A stretch of DNA of 64,000 nt from Oikopleura dioica (taxonomy: Eukaryota > Animalia > Chordata). The notes below the pieces were generated by a model that was not told the DNA's origin, did no database searches, and saw nothing but the letters and a program-made list of their open reading frames with translations. Shown piece by piece: positions 33,489-45,799 of this stretch. The position numbers were made by a program, and so were the translations under genes. Where the stretch lies: the NCBI GenBank assembly GCA_907165135.1, contig OU015567.1:4588001-4652000 (forward strand), given 5' to 3'. How positions within the stretch are numbered: position 1 is the stretch's first letter; every line of letters starts with the position of its first letter.

Positions 33489-36400
33489 ATGAAGATTTCA
33501 AATTTTATAGCATTGTGTATTTCATTTGCAGCGGGAAAACGAGAGTATCGGATTCGTCAGAGATCGCTAAAGGAGGTCAAAGGTAATATCAAATCGTCTC
33601 AAATTGCTAAAAAAGAGCCGATTGCGGCTTTCTTTTCGTAAAAATTGGACCTCGACAAAGCCGCGCGCGGCTTTTTGTCAAGAAAGTAACTGTTGGAGCG
33701 AAAAGATTCGGGTCGAATATGTTTTTTTTCGAGTCGAAAGCCGCAATAAGCTATTTTTGGATCGAAAGCCGCGCGCGGCTTTTTTGGAGTTTTTATTCGA
33801 TCAAGAAATACCAAAACTAGTCACTAAAGGTCTTCGTTATTCATTTTTTGTATTCTTTAACCAATAGATCTTCATAAATCACATTCATTTCTAGTGAAAC
33901 GAGACGGGCTGATGTACCAACCAGCTGGAGGCATGAACATTCTACAAAGAAGCACAAAATTTCTCAAACGAAACGGAAAAGTCAAAACTGGCGAAGTCGA
34001 CAACATCAAGGTCCTCACTCAAGGAACGGTCTTATTTTGAAAAAAGGTCAAACGAACAACCTCTTATTCTCGCACCCTGACCTTGAGCTACTTTTCTAAG
34101 CATTAGTGAAGCAAACTCTGGGTAAATTATCTTTCTGGTCAATAGAAAAATGACAAATGTTACGTTTTTCGAGAATTTCTAACAGAATTTTTCAGATGAT
34201 TTTTTTTCTAAAGCGAAAATTGTTCAATAAAAAAAGACCTCTTTTCCAGCTGATAAAGACGTTCTGGTGGCATCTGCGAATTTGCGTCGCGCGGCCGTAA
34301 AGCCCCGTCCCGCAAATATGAAATATGTGACTTGGGATGAAAGGTAACTCTTCCGCTGATAACTCAGATTCCCAAAATCTGATCCAGCTTCTTGCTCATT
34401 TACTCGCTCAATCATCTAACGGAACACTTGTGTTCAAACCAAACAGAATTACGAGCAATCAATCAGTTTTGCTCAATTTATCCTTACACGTTCTTTCTTG
34501 TTTCAAAATGTATCCAAATCGAGAAGCCGCTTGCGGCTTTGAGCAAAATGAAACAATAAGCCGTGCCTCGCGCGGCTTAAGAATTTCAATTTCAGTTTCG
34601 AGTATTGCGGCTTCGAGATAATTAAAATTTTGAAACCGCGCAGAGCGCGGCTAATTGTTTTGTTTCGCTCGAAGCCGCAAGCGGCTTCTCGATCTGAATC
34701 TATAAAAAATCTTTTTTAAAATTATCTTTGACAAAAAATTTTGAAACTTTTTTAGCCTTGCCTCATCCGCAGCAGAACACGCTCGTCGATGCCAATTTGG
34801 CCATTCGACAGCCGACCAGCTTCGCCACTCGAAATGGGGCTACACGATTGGAGAAAACATCGCGGTCTTTAGAGGCCCAAAGACCTTCGAAACGGACCAT
34901 TTCGTCTGGGTCACTGATGGTTTTTACGACGAGCGAAAATACTACAACTACGAAACGGGCCATTGCGAAGCGCAATGCGGCCATTACGAAGTTCTCGTTC
35001 ACGCCGAACAGGAAGGCTTTTCATCTCAAATTAAACGTTTCAGGAAATTTTTGAAGCTAAATTGGATGTCTCAAAATTCTTTTATAAACCGAGCCAAAAA
35101 AATCCCTTTCTGGTTATTTTCGGAGAAAATTTATTTAAACAATTTATAAAATTATTTTCTCAATAAAAAACGCGTATAAAAAGCTTCTCAGGAAAAAATG
35201 GGCTGCGCGGTCTCAAGTTGCACCTCAGTCGTCGACGCGTTCATGAAGCTGAGCCGGGTTGAGCTCGGAGAGAACCCCTTTCACGTTGTGGTTTGCCACT
35301 ACGCACCTGTCGTCATGACGCCAAGTTTATACGAGGTAAGTTAAATTAAATATACTAATACGCGCGATAAGAACAGCCTGTTTTCATAAATGACCGATAA
35401 AACTGAGCGATAAATTAGCATCTCACGCGTTTTTCGATCCAATTTTTGACACAAAAAATTGCCTTAAAAATCAAGATTTCTCTAGAATTATCGCTCGAAA
35501 ATCGAAAAGTCGCTTACGGCTTTGAGTTTGAAAAAAAGGAGCCGCGCAAAGCGCGGCTTTAATTTTCATCCGACTCGAAGCCGCAAGCGGCTTCTCGATT
35601 TTTAGCAAAAATTCTAGAGAAACCTAGAGAAAGAAGGAAATTTTCAATAATTTCTTCAGAAAGGTGGTTTCTGCGGAAAATGCCCAAGAGGTTGGAACGG
35701 TGGTTGTATTGCAGGACTTTGTACTTCAGAAAGGCAAGGCTCACGAAAACAAGAAATCAGAATTTCGCAAAAGTCGTTGACATTTACAAGCTCGGACTAT
35801 CTTGAAAAGTGTCAGGCGCAATTTGCAATTGTGAGAGAATGCGAATCCGAAAGTGTCCACCTGTCGTTGTTTTCGTGAGCGTTTATAAAGTGAACCTGCT
35901 CCGGCGCCGCCAGCGCGGCTTATCGCCGGCATTCGCACGGACTCCGGATTGACTGACCATGATTTCGACAGGTAAACACAAAGAAAACATGTTAGAAATT
36001 TCTAGAAAAAAAAATTTTTTTTTGATTATTCACATCGAGAAGCAGCTTGCGGCTTCGAGTCAAAAATTTTAAAAAGCCGCGGCTCAGCGCGGATTTTTTT
36101 CTATAAAACTCGAAGCCGCAAACGGCTTCTCGATTTGATTAGCTTACCTGTTTCAGATCCGTCTTTGAATGGTCCGAATGGTCATCCTGCACCCGAACCT
36201 GCGGAATCGGAATCAAATGGCGTTTCCGAATGTGCGAAGGTTGCCAAGGCCCCGAAGGTGAGATGCAGCAATGCCGAGTCGCTCTCTGCCCAGCGAGCTC
36301 TTCAAGCTCTTCAACAGCGGTTGCTTCGAAGCCGAAGTTTTTGAGCTGGTCGAATTGGTCGGCTTGTGATAAAACTTGCGGATCAGGTAGGAGGATTAGA

Positions 36401-37379
36401 AATAGAAAGTGTAGCAAGCCGTGGGGATGCTCTGGGGTAAGTGCTGAGGCGGAATCGTGCTGGGCTGGAATGTGCAACTCTTGGGGAGCCTGGGGAAGTT
36501 GGAATCAGGAAAAGGGTTGAAAAAATTTTTTTCGGCAAGATCTTTTTATCGGGCAATTTTCGACTCGAAATAGTGCAACGTCAAATGTGGCTCTGGAACT
36601 CAAACTCGAACTCGAATTTGCGTTGGTGGCAATTCTTGCGCTGGTCCTCGATCTGAAACGAAAATTTGCGATCGACCATGTTCCACTTCGGCTCCAGCTG
36701 GTTTCTTGGCAAGAGGGTTGGCGACATTGAATGGCAACTGCGCTTTTGATATGAAGAGAAGAGAGCTTGAGTGCAAAGGAAAGCGGATTTTCTTCCTTGA
36801 TATCATGAAAAAAATTGAAAAATAATATTTTTTCGGTGAGATTATCCGGAATCAAGGAAGAAAATCCCAAAAAAGCGAGTAATCTTGAACATATTCCTCC
36901 TTTTGAGCGCGATTTTGCTAGCCGACAAGGAAAACAACAACGAATCAAGCTCATGAAAAATCTCAACTTCGAAGGAAACGCCATAGAAGATCTCGGACAC
37001 CTCAATGGCTATTGCAAGTTTGCGAAGGGAAAGGTAACCATTCATCTCATTTTTCACCTTTTCAAATTATGCTTTTTGAAGATCGACACGATCAATCTCG
37101 CGAAAAACAAGCTAAAATCTCTCCGCGCCGCCGATTTCAGCTCTTGTCGCCAAATCAGGGAGCTGAATATTTCAGAAAATCCACTTTCTTCACTCGATAT
37201 TGCAGCTTTCAAAAACATCAGAAAGCTATCAAAGCTTGTTGTTTCCAAAGATTTATCTAGCTGCTGGGGCATTCAAGGTAAAAATTCGGAAAAATATCTT
37301 CAGAAACTAACTTTTCAAAGATGTTGCTGATCTAATGATGCTTTCCAATCGGCTTGGAATGCAACTTGAAGTTGTATAA
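33489..37379 (+). CDS. Secreted CAP (SCP/PR-1/CRISP) + 3x TSP1 + LRR protein
   Basis: Signal MKISNFIALCISFAAG. CAP: PRPANMKYVTWDE|SLASSAAEHARRCQFGHS...IGENIA...FYDERKYYNY...CGHYEVLVH|EKMGCAV...VVVCHYAP; hinge GFCGKCPRGWNGGCIAGLC. TSP1: WSEWSSCTRTCGIG, WSNWSACDKTCGSG, WGAWGSW|..CNVKCGSG. LRRs: LNFEGNAIEDL, INLAKNKLKSL, LNISENPLSSL. The junction near 35830-35890 is inferred. Confidence 0.7.
33600..33800. repeat. Intronic repeat family D (GAAGCCGC/GCGGCTTC inverted units)
   Basis: aaagccgcgcgcggctttt and gaagccgcaagcggcttctcgat units recur at about 34520-34695, 35500-35602 and 36040-36134, all in introns of the CAP-TSP1-LRR gene. Confidence 0.65.
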
Positions 37380-37639
37380 TAAAAGCTCAAGGAGCGTTTT
37401 CTGTATATTGCAAAACCTGTCACTGTAAATTTCAAAATCCGTCATTCCCAATACAGTCCAAAACTTATTATTTGATGTTGATTTCTCAAACACAAAGAAA
37501 CTTTTATTGAAAATTAAGTTTGATAATTTACTTGATAGTCTGAATCTTAGATGCGGCTGATCATCCCTTGGGGAGGAAGAGCTCGCTAAGCGCGATTATT
37601 TAGTTTCCAACTTTTTAAATTTTTAATTTGGCACTTCAA

Positions 37640-39937
37640 GATTCCCCGCCTTTTCTTCTTCTCGGGCTCCGGTTTACAGATATTTTGCCGCAAAAGCAAG
37701 AATTAAAGAGAAAACCGCTTCCTTCAATTAAATGTCTCAAGGTATATTTGAATTTTTGGTCTCAGCATCAATAAAGCTTGTTAAGACTTGGAGCTAGAAT
37801 GGGACGATCACGAGACATGTACAGATTTGGTCGTTGGCTCTGTTTTTTCACCGCGAAATTCGACAATAGAGCAATCTTTTTTTGAAAATCCGATGACGCC
37901 AAATGAGCTTATGAAGATCCTCAGGGAGATCACCCTCTGTAAGTTCATCCTATGTCAGAATGAGTCATCATATTAATACTGGTCTAATAATAGCTGCTGA
38001 CACGCCGCCGACGACGATAATGAGATCGCTGAAGAAACTCAATTTACTGTCACATACTGAGATTCTTTTATGAGAAGGAAAAAAACAATGAAAAGGATAC
38101 CGCGAAGACCAAAGATTATGGCAAATTTTCGAATTGGGATTTTGAGCAAATTTTCGAGAAAACTTCTGTCTAAATCATCGGTCTTTGCGGTATCTAATTC
38201 GTGAAAAAATAAATTTTATGAAGATTTCGACAAAATCGACAAATCTTCCATTTTTTTCTGTCAATTTTAAATTCAACAATCTGACCATTTTTCTCATTCA
38301 AAAATCATCCCTTCTCGGTTGCGGGACTCTTCATTATTTTTCAGAGAACGAGTGCGCTTTATGAATTTATAATCTGCTGTTTTCGATCACAACGAATTGT
38401 GATATAGATTTTTTGTTCTGAAGAGATGACAGGAATTCTTACGCTCATTTGTTTACTCGGCCGCTCACGCTTTTGCAAAAAATAAAACAAATTCGTTCTT
38501 TGCGCTCTGATTATGACGATCTTGGTAAATTGAGTTATAAGTAGCGGCATTTTTAACTAGTCAACATGAATAGAGACAACTGCGAATACTATTCGCCGAA
38601 TAGAGAGATTCGGCGATTTTTGAAATCAAGGAAGAGATTTTTTCGAAGAATAATTTTGATATTTTGAAATTAACTGATAGTCATTACTGCTACCTTATAG
38701 TCATAAGACCTGAAGAAAGAATGGAAAATAAATTAATAAAAAGCCAATTTTAAATTCCCTTTTTTATTTTTTTTTTCGGAATTTTGGTAAAATAGCAATT
38801 TATAACGCACAAAATCTGTCTTTTCGAGAAAGATCTTGAATCTCTTTCTTTGACATTTTCCTTTATTCTTGCGGTTTCAAATTTGCATCAAAACACCGTC
38901 GACGACACGCGATACGCCCATCTTTCAATATGTCGCCATGAACTTGCATTAAAAATGCACTAAAATGAACTTCAATAATCTACCCTGTTTTCAGGTCTTT
39001 TGTCTCTTAGATGAGCTGAGCCTTCCTTTCTTCGACCTGTTTTTTCTTTGCATGTCCATTAATCTAATTACACCTGGCGCATTCTAAGGGAGAATTTTTA
39101 GACAAGAACTGATGTGATCGTATAGAGAAAATTTCCCGAAAAAGAAGAAATGAGAAAAACAAACTAGAAAATTTGAAAAATAATGGAATCAACCATCAAA
39201 AATGGTAAGAAAATTTAGCTTTTCAGTAAAAGGGTGGGCAAAATCTTCAAAATCATTGGTGACAAGGGGTTATGGTCTTCTCTCAGCCAATCAAAAGCCA
39301 GTATAGTTTGTGTCAGCCAATCACAGGCGAGAAAACCCTAGCCTTGAGGCCCAAGAACTCCCTCGATCACCCAAGGTTTTGCCAACCCTAGTTATGGTAT
39401 TTTCGATTTGATCAATTTTAACGGTCTTTTTTCAGAAGAGCTACTAAATTCACAGATTTATCTGAATGCAACTGTACAAAATTACGAGCTTGCAGGTAAA
39501 TTTAAAACAATCGACCCTCTTTAACTTATTTTTAGCTTCAATTCTTCCATTCTTACTGGTGTTCGGTGGCGTAATAATTTTATTCTTAGGATTGTGCATT
39601 TACTTAACTTGCGTTTGCCCAAGGATCGTTTTTTCTCATTCGCTCAGCGCTTTGAAAAAGCGAGTTCAAGAAGCGGAATCGTTGATTTTGTTAACCCTGA
39701 CTGATCTGGGGTTGCGAAATGACTCGGAAGGAAAAACAAAGCAGCGTTTTGAGAAAAAGCACAAAAAGCTTCATTCGTGACTTGAGCCTAGAGACGAAAT
39801 CAAACGGCTCAGAGGACTCAGATGATGAGTCGGGAACAATGACGACGGACCTTAATTCTTCAGAAGCGTGTAAGTTCAATCGATTTTCTTCAAGTGACCT
39901 TTTGACGACGAATCAAACTGGAAATAGAAAATTATGA
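37640..39937 (+). CDS. Putative single-pass membrane protein, poorly resolved
   Basis: Short GT-AG-bounded open segments at about 37640-37740 and 37786-37940, a hydrophobic stretch FNLFLASILPFLLVFGGVIILFLGLCIYLTCVCP (ORF 39466) and an S/D-rich tail (ORF 39719). Linkage not established. Confidence 0.3.
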
Positions 39938-39948
39938 TCAGTACTGAA

Positions 39949-40161
39949 AATGTCACGAATGTCACGAATGTCTAAAATGTCAGAATGTCACAAATGTCAG
40001 AATAACACAAATCTCAGAATATCACAGATGTCGCGAATGTCACAAATGTCACGAATGTCACAAATGTCACGAATGTCACAAATGTCGCGAATGTTAACGA
40101 CACAATACGAATGTTATCAAAAAGAAACATTTTCTCGTGACATTGGTGACATTTGTGACAC
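39949..40161. repeat. 9-bp tandem array (ATGTCACxA)n with a short inverted GTGACAT arm
   Basis: aatgtcacgaatgtcacaaatgtc... about 14 units, then gtgacattggtgacatttgtgaca. Confidence 0.75.
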
Positions 40162-43100
40162 TTTTTTGCACTGTCAAAAATGGTTTTTTCTTCGTAAAGA
40201 TCCCTTTTTAAAATCTCTTTTTATTTTCGAGAATGATCGAGAATTTCTTCCGCCGTGTGGAATCTAAAACAAGTTGAGTGTCCACAAACGTGATTATTTT
40301 TCGCGAGTAGCTGGCTTGAAAAGAAAGCGGAATCTGATTTAGGTAGCATTAGGGTTAAAGAGCTCCGTGTTCTGCGGCGCGGCGCCAGAATCCAAGACTG
40401 AACTTTGCGGCCATGTCAAAGGCCGAATTTTTCACTTCTTCTAACGAAAAATATGCAAGTTGGGGCAAAATCTTTTTCGCTGGAAAAGGTCAAAAAATGG
40501 TCGAAAATCGTCGAAATCAGTGTAATTTCTTCTTTTTAGATGTTCAAGGAACAGAGATGAAATTCCTCGCCTAGACGATTCAATCTGCTTCTTCAATTTA
40601 TGAAGCTTCTTCAATCATCAAATTTCTGTCTAAAAAACGAAAAATATACGTCTAGGTCGTAAAATAGAGCTTGTCGATGAGGAAGCGTCAGAAACCGACT
40701 AAAAATTTCGACAAATTTTTCGTGGGCGGCTACTCCGCTGCCGAATCAAAGCTTTTGATTGGTTGAAAATTTCCACGCAAAATTTGTCGAAATATTCTGC
40801 TCCTGACACCTCCCCTTGTCAACCTGTATAGAAAACCTGAGTCAGGGTCAAAAAAGCCGCGACGTTTTTATTCAAGCTCTCGTTAGACCCTGACTCAGGT
40901 TTTCTTCACAGGCTGTTGCGCCCAGCCGGATTCTTCTTATGAAATTTTTTTAACATAAAAAAAGAACAAGAAATTAATCGACCGTGGAATTTATTTTCTC
41001 AATTTCGCGGTAAAATTATCAATGAAAATTATCTTCCGATAAGAAATGAATGTTCCAGAAATAGGATATTTGATGTAATAAGATGTTCACAAGGTTTTTT
41101 TCTGTCGAAATTTTGACTTTTCCGACTCGGGGAAGATTATGGTCTTCCAACGCGTCCCAAATCCAACCACTGTTGTCTTGCACTTCCGCTTTTCTCGCGG
41201 TGAGACACGTAGTGGCATGAATTTTCATACCGAATCGCAATAAATAGACCGAACGCTAACCGAGTTGTTAGCGTGTTTGATTACTTGTTGCGTTTTTGTT
41301 TGTTGACTTTGGAACAAGTCGACTTTTGAACATTTAGAAACATTAACAAAAACTTTCTTGTCCGCTTATTTAGATCACAAGAAATTAAACTTGCCTCTAA
41401 TTCAATAATTTTCAAGGACCTCTCCCTAAAGTCAAGTAGTATTTTTTCGAACAGTGATTTCGGAGTGTTCCCGTTAAGATTTTGAAAATTTTATTTGTCT
41501 ATGTTTTAGTCCGATCATTGGTTGAGGGCAACTGAAATAAAATCACCCGCGTCCACTTCTTAAGGGTGTCAGTACAATAAATGAAAGTGACTAACATCGA
41601 TTTCCGCTTACGATCACGAAATATTTTACTGACCACTTTATTCAAAAATCCTTAAGGATCCACCCCTCAATTCGGCATTTTTTTCAAACAGCAATTTCGG
41701 AGTGATCCCCTTAAGATTTTCAAATTTTTTTAACCGTTATTCCAGCCCGATAGTCGCTTTAGGGCAAGCGAAGAAAAAACACTCTCGTCTACTTCTTAAG
41801 GGTGTCACTACAATAAGTTAAACTTTCAAAGATCGTGTTTTTCCCTAAAGCACCGTAAAATGTCAGTACGTAAGAGCTTCGCGCTTTGGAGCCTCCGTTG
41901 CGTCTGAGAACAAAAAGCTCTGTTATTGGCATTTGCCGCTTGTCTGTAAGAGTTACAGGAGCAAGGAGGAGATTAACAACGTGCCGACCACAATCTAGGC
42001 TGGCGATCAAACGTGCCGAACGCGGGGATAAAGGTGACCAAATTTGGTCGACGGAAAGACCGAAAGTCTATTAAACATTTTAGATGGCAAATTCCTGCCC
42101 TTACTAATACAATAGTCTTAGGCTTCAATTTTTGAAATAATTTGTCCTTTGATTTTTAAAAACTACATCAGGTTGTTTTTTCTCTTAAAATTTAGATTTT
42201 TTATGATTCCAAGAAAATAAAATCACGATAACTTTGGTACATAAGCCTTCCATTTTAATTTTATATATAAAATCGCAAAGTAAATTAGTTAAAAAGATGA
42301 TATTTATTGAAAAAATAAAGATTTTATGGTTTTTATCCTGAAGTTTTTAATCTTTGAAATTGACTTGATTTTTTGATAATATGAAAAGCCCTAAAATTTT
42401 TTCCGAAAACTTATTTCCGAGCCCTCGAACCCCATAAGAAACCAGATATCGGCCCCCGCGCAAGCAAAGAAAAAAATGCTCCTGGATGGCGCTCGCGCGC
42501 GAATCGCGCGTTCTCATGATTTTCACCGCTCGTTTTGTTTCACCAAAGACTTTCCATCTGTTCACCCCTTTTTCTGACCTGAGATATTTTGGGAAGACGC
42601 TTTTTTTTATTTTTCTAGAAGAGAACTTTGAAACATCTGATACAGAAAGAATCAAAGAAATTTTGTGATAAGAAGAAGAAGAAGAAGGAGAATGATAAGA
42701 ATACTTCCCCTACTGGGGTTTTTGCACATATCACATGTAAGTTACGAAAAGATATAACATAAAAAATATTTCAGATTGATGGGTAGAAATTTTTGTTGAA
42801 TTTTGATAATAAGAATTTAACTTGGTGCGTCAAAAATTTCTCAAAATTTTGAAGATTTTTTTCGATCTTCTTAAGCTCAAAAATTATAATTCAAAATATA
42901 ATAAATTAATTAGAAAAATAAATATTATTAAAATAATTTATTTAATAAATAAATAATTCTAGTAATAAAAAATTATAATTATAAAAATAATTATTAAATA
43001 ATAATATATTATTAATTATTTAATTTTATTTAATTATTTTTCAAATTATTATTAAATAATTTTTTTCAAGGACCAAGAAGTTTCTGTTTTTGACCAAAAT

Positions 43101-45318
43101 TTTTGGCAGCTCCCTTTTATATCCAACCCTATTAAAAATCATGAGTAAGTCCTCTCATTTCGTATTTGTATGAAAATAAAATTCCATATCATTCTTTTTT
43201 GCTTTCTAGTTTTAGTTTTGATTTGATTAGTTACCCTACGTAGTTACCAAAACAGGAAGTAATATATATACACCGCCAAATCATTTTTCTGTTGTCAAAA
43301 ATAATCGGAAACTGGAGTCTTGTCATTTGAATCGCGGCGAGTGTTAACTCATTGTTGTAAAGCGCGTCTTAGTGAGCCGCTTTGAGCGATTTATAACGAC
43401 ATTAGAAGACTCATCGACTCAGGCCAAATCTCGGACTCTCTTTTAAACAAACTCAACTTCGCTTCAACTGATAAGGCGACACCTAACAGCTTACTACTTG
43501 TATTATCGAGCAGGAGTAAATATTCTTAACCCCCTGACGATTTGAGGTATCTCAATTCTACTGTGAACTTTTTTGGCTTTTTTCCGATTGATTTTTTGAA
43601 AAAAAATAAAAACCATAAGTAGGCATTTCGATTTAAGAAACAATAATTTTTTAAACTTATTTCTAGTCGACGATGACTGCTTTCACTTGATATCCTATTT
43701 ATTGATCAGAATCATATTTACTTGAATTAACCTGAATCCATTATTACATATCAAACTGGGTCATCGGCAATGACTCATTGCTATATTTTACAGGAAGACG
43801 GAGAAACCCAACCGGGAGTTCGAAAAAACTCGTTGCGCTGGATAATGTCTAGTTTTCTAGCGCGCACGAGCGATATTTTTATAGATGTTTTGCTGGGCAT
43901 TGATAACGTTCACCACCGGATTCAGACACTTTCCGACTTATAATTTTTATTTTCATCTTTTTCTCTCTTTCAATTTTTTCTTATTTTTTGATCGAGAATC
44001 AAGTTCAATTTCAGTTTTTATAACGTGAAAGAGCTCGTTTTTGTCATTGAATAAAATTTCTGTAGAAGCAAAAACACAAGTAGAAAGGGGGTTGAACAAG
44101 GCTGGGAAGTGCGTGAGAGATTCAATTAGGCGACAAGCTGCCCAACGTGAATACTGCTCGGCCGCAGGAACACGCTCAAATCTCCAAAAGCGGAAAAAAT
44201 CCAGTTTAGATTTTTTGAAAATCAATGTTGGGCCTTTTCCCCAAGATCGACATTTAAGATTCTTTACCGGAAAATTTTCCTCTTTTTCGATAAAAATAGG
44301 AGAAATAAGCCTAAATCTGTCAACACAACATTTTTCCCAGGGTACGTCCTTACTTATGGGCGTAAGTGGGTTAGGATCTTGACCGATTGATTGCGAGATC
44401 AGAAGCTAAAAACATTTCTCAAACGCAAGGTTGACAAGATTTTTAAATTTCCAAACTCAATTTCGACTCTTGATGTGTCTCAAAACAACGAATTTGCTTG
44501 CCTGATTTTTGATGAATTTTGTAAAAAAGGGCGGAAAATTGAACGTGACTTTTATGTGTATGAGCTCTTGAAAGCGCAAAGTAAGGACAATAATTACTCG
44601 CCAATTAGAAGCTCAATATGCAAATAGAGCTAGGACCGCAAATCTGTCACTGACCGAGCAGACGGATTCCGAATTTCAAGGACTGGGAATAATTCTTCAT
44701 GCTTTTTCTTTTCAACTTGACTTTTGAAAGTCGAAGTTTCCAGATCATTCTTCTTCGTTGGATAAGAGCTATGAATGGATGAAAGTTCTAAGGGGGATAT
44801 CTCGCTTTCGATTGGCTGATTGAAAGAAAACTCGACTCTGATTGGCTGATAAGGCCCCAACTATCAGGATTTCACCAACTCTAGAAGCATGTACCTCTTT
44901 TCTTATAACCACAAAAGACCTTGTTGTTTACCGACTTAAGATCAAATATTTTCCTTTTTCTACGAAATGATAGTTATAAAGATTAAATATTTCAAAAGAC
45001 GATTATCAAATTGGCAATGCTAAAATTGAGAGCCGATTTTTTCTGCTGAAAATTATAAAACAAACCCATGAATTTGAAAACGCCTGCAAATTCGCTCACG
45101 AACAAGCCACCATGGAAGGCCTCGTTTAATTGGAAACACATGTCGAGTGGTTCTGCTCAGTGAATCTGCTTTATAGGATTAGTTTTCTAAGGATCTCGAT
45201 ATCCGTGAAATGAGCGCATTTATTGATTCGATAAGACATTGCCTGATTTTCTCGATAAACCTGTTCTTTCTCGAATAAATACGGAAGTTAAATGTGATAA
45301 AATTTAATTTTTACCGAT

Positions 45319-45658
45319 TTAAGGACCCCCTTAGGTTTTTCCTTTTAAAATGAAAATTTAAAAACAACATATTTTTGGTCCTCAGGTTAAATTTGCTTCA
45401 AAACTTGAAAAGAGAAATGTTTGACCAAGATTCTTGGTCCAAAAATCAATACTTTTTCCAAAATTTGGGTGAATTCGTCAATTTTCGGCGAAAAGTCCAA
45501 TTTTCAAACGCGATTTTAAGGGTGTTAGAGTCGAGATATACTCCCAAAAAATAGAGCCTTAAAATCGTTTTTTTGACCCGAAAAACCATTTCCGGGGTCA
45601 AAATTTTAAAATTCCGAAATTTGATTTTTTGAAAAAAGCTGACGAGGGGGGTCCTTAA
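45319..45658. mobile_element. MITE family A copy (TTAAGGACC...GGTCCTTAA)
   Basis: Begins ttaaggaccccc and ends ggggtccttaa; reverse-complement similarity to 12229-12538. Confidence 0.7.
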
Positions 45659-45799
45659 ATTTTCCCGTGTTTAGTTCATTCCCAAAGATCTTGAGTTTGA
45701 TACAGCATTATGCTAGCAAAAATTAGTGTTCACGGTTTGGATTTTCCGTTTGTTAAATCCATCCTGCTCTCAAGTAACTAATTTCGCCTAATCTTTTAG

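Noticed and set aside
39950-40267. ORF MSRMSRMSKM...
   Set aside because: Translation of a 9-bp tandem repeat.
40990-44860. Scattered 60-113 aa ORFs and a degenerate direct repeat of about 240 bp (41450-41826)
   Set aside because: No motif, signal or coherent exon chain could be supported; may be a decayed gene or TE remnants.
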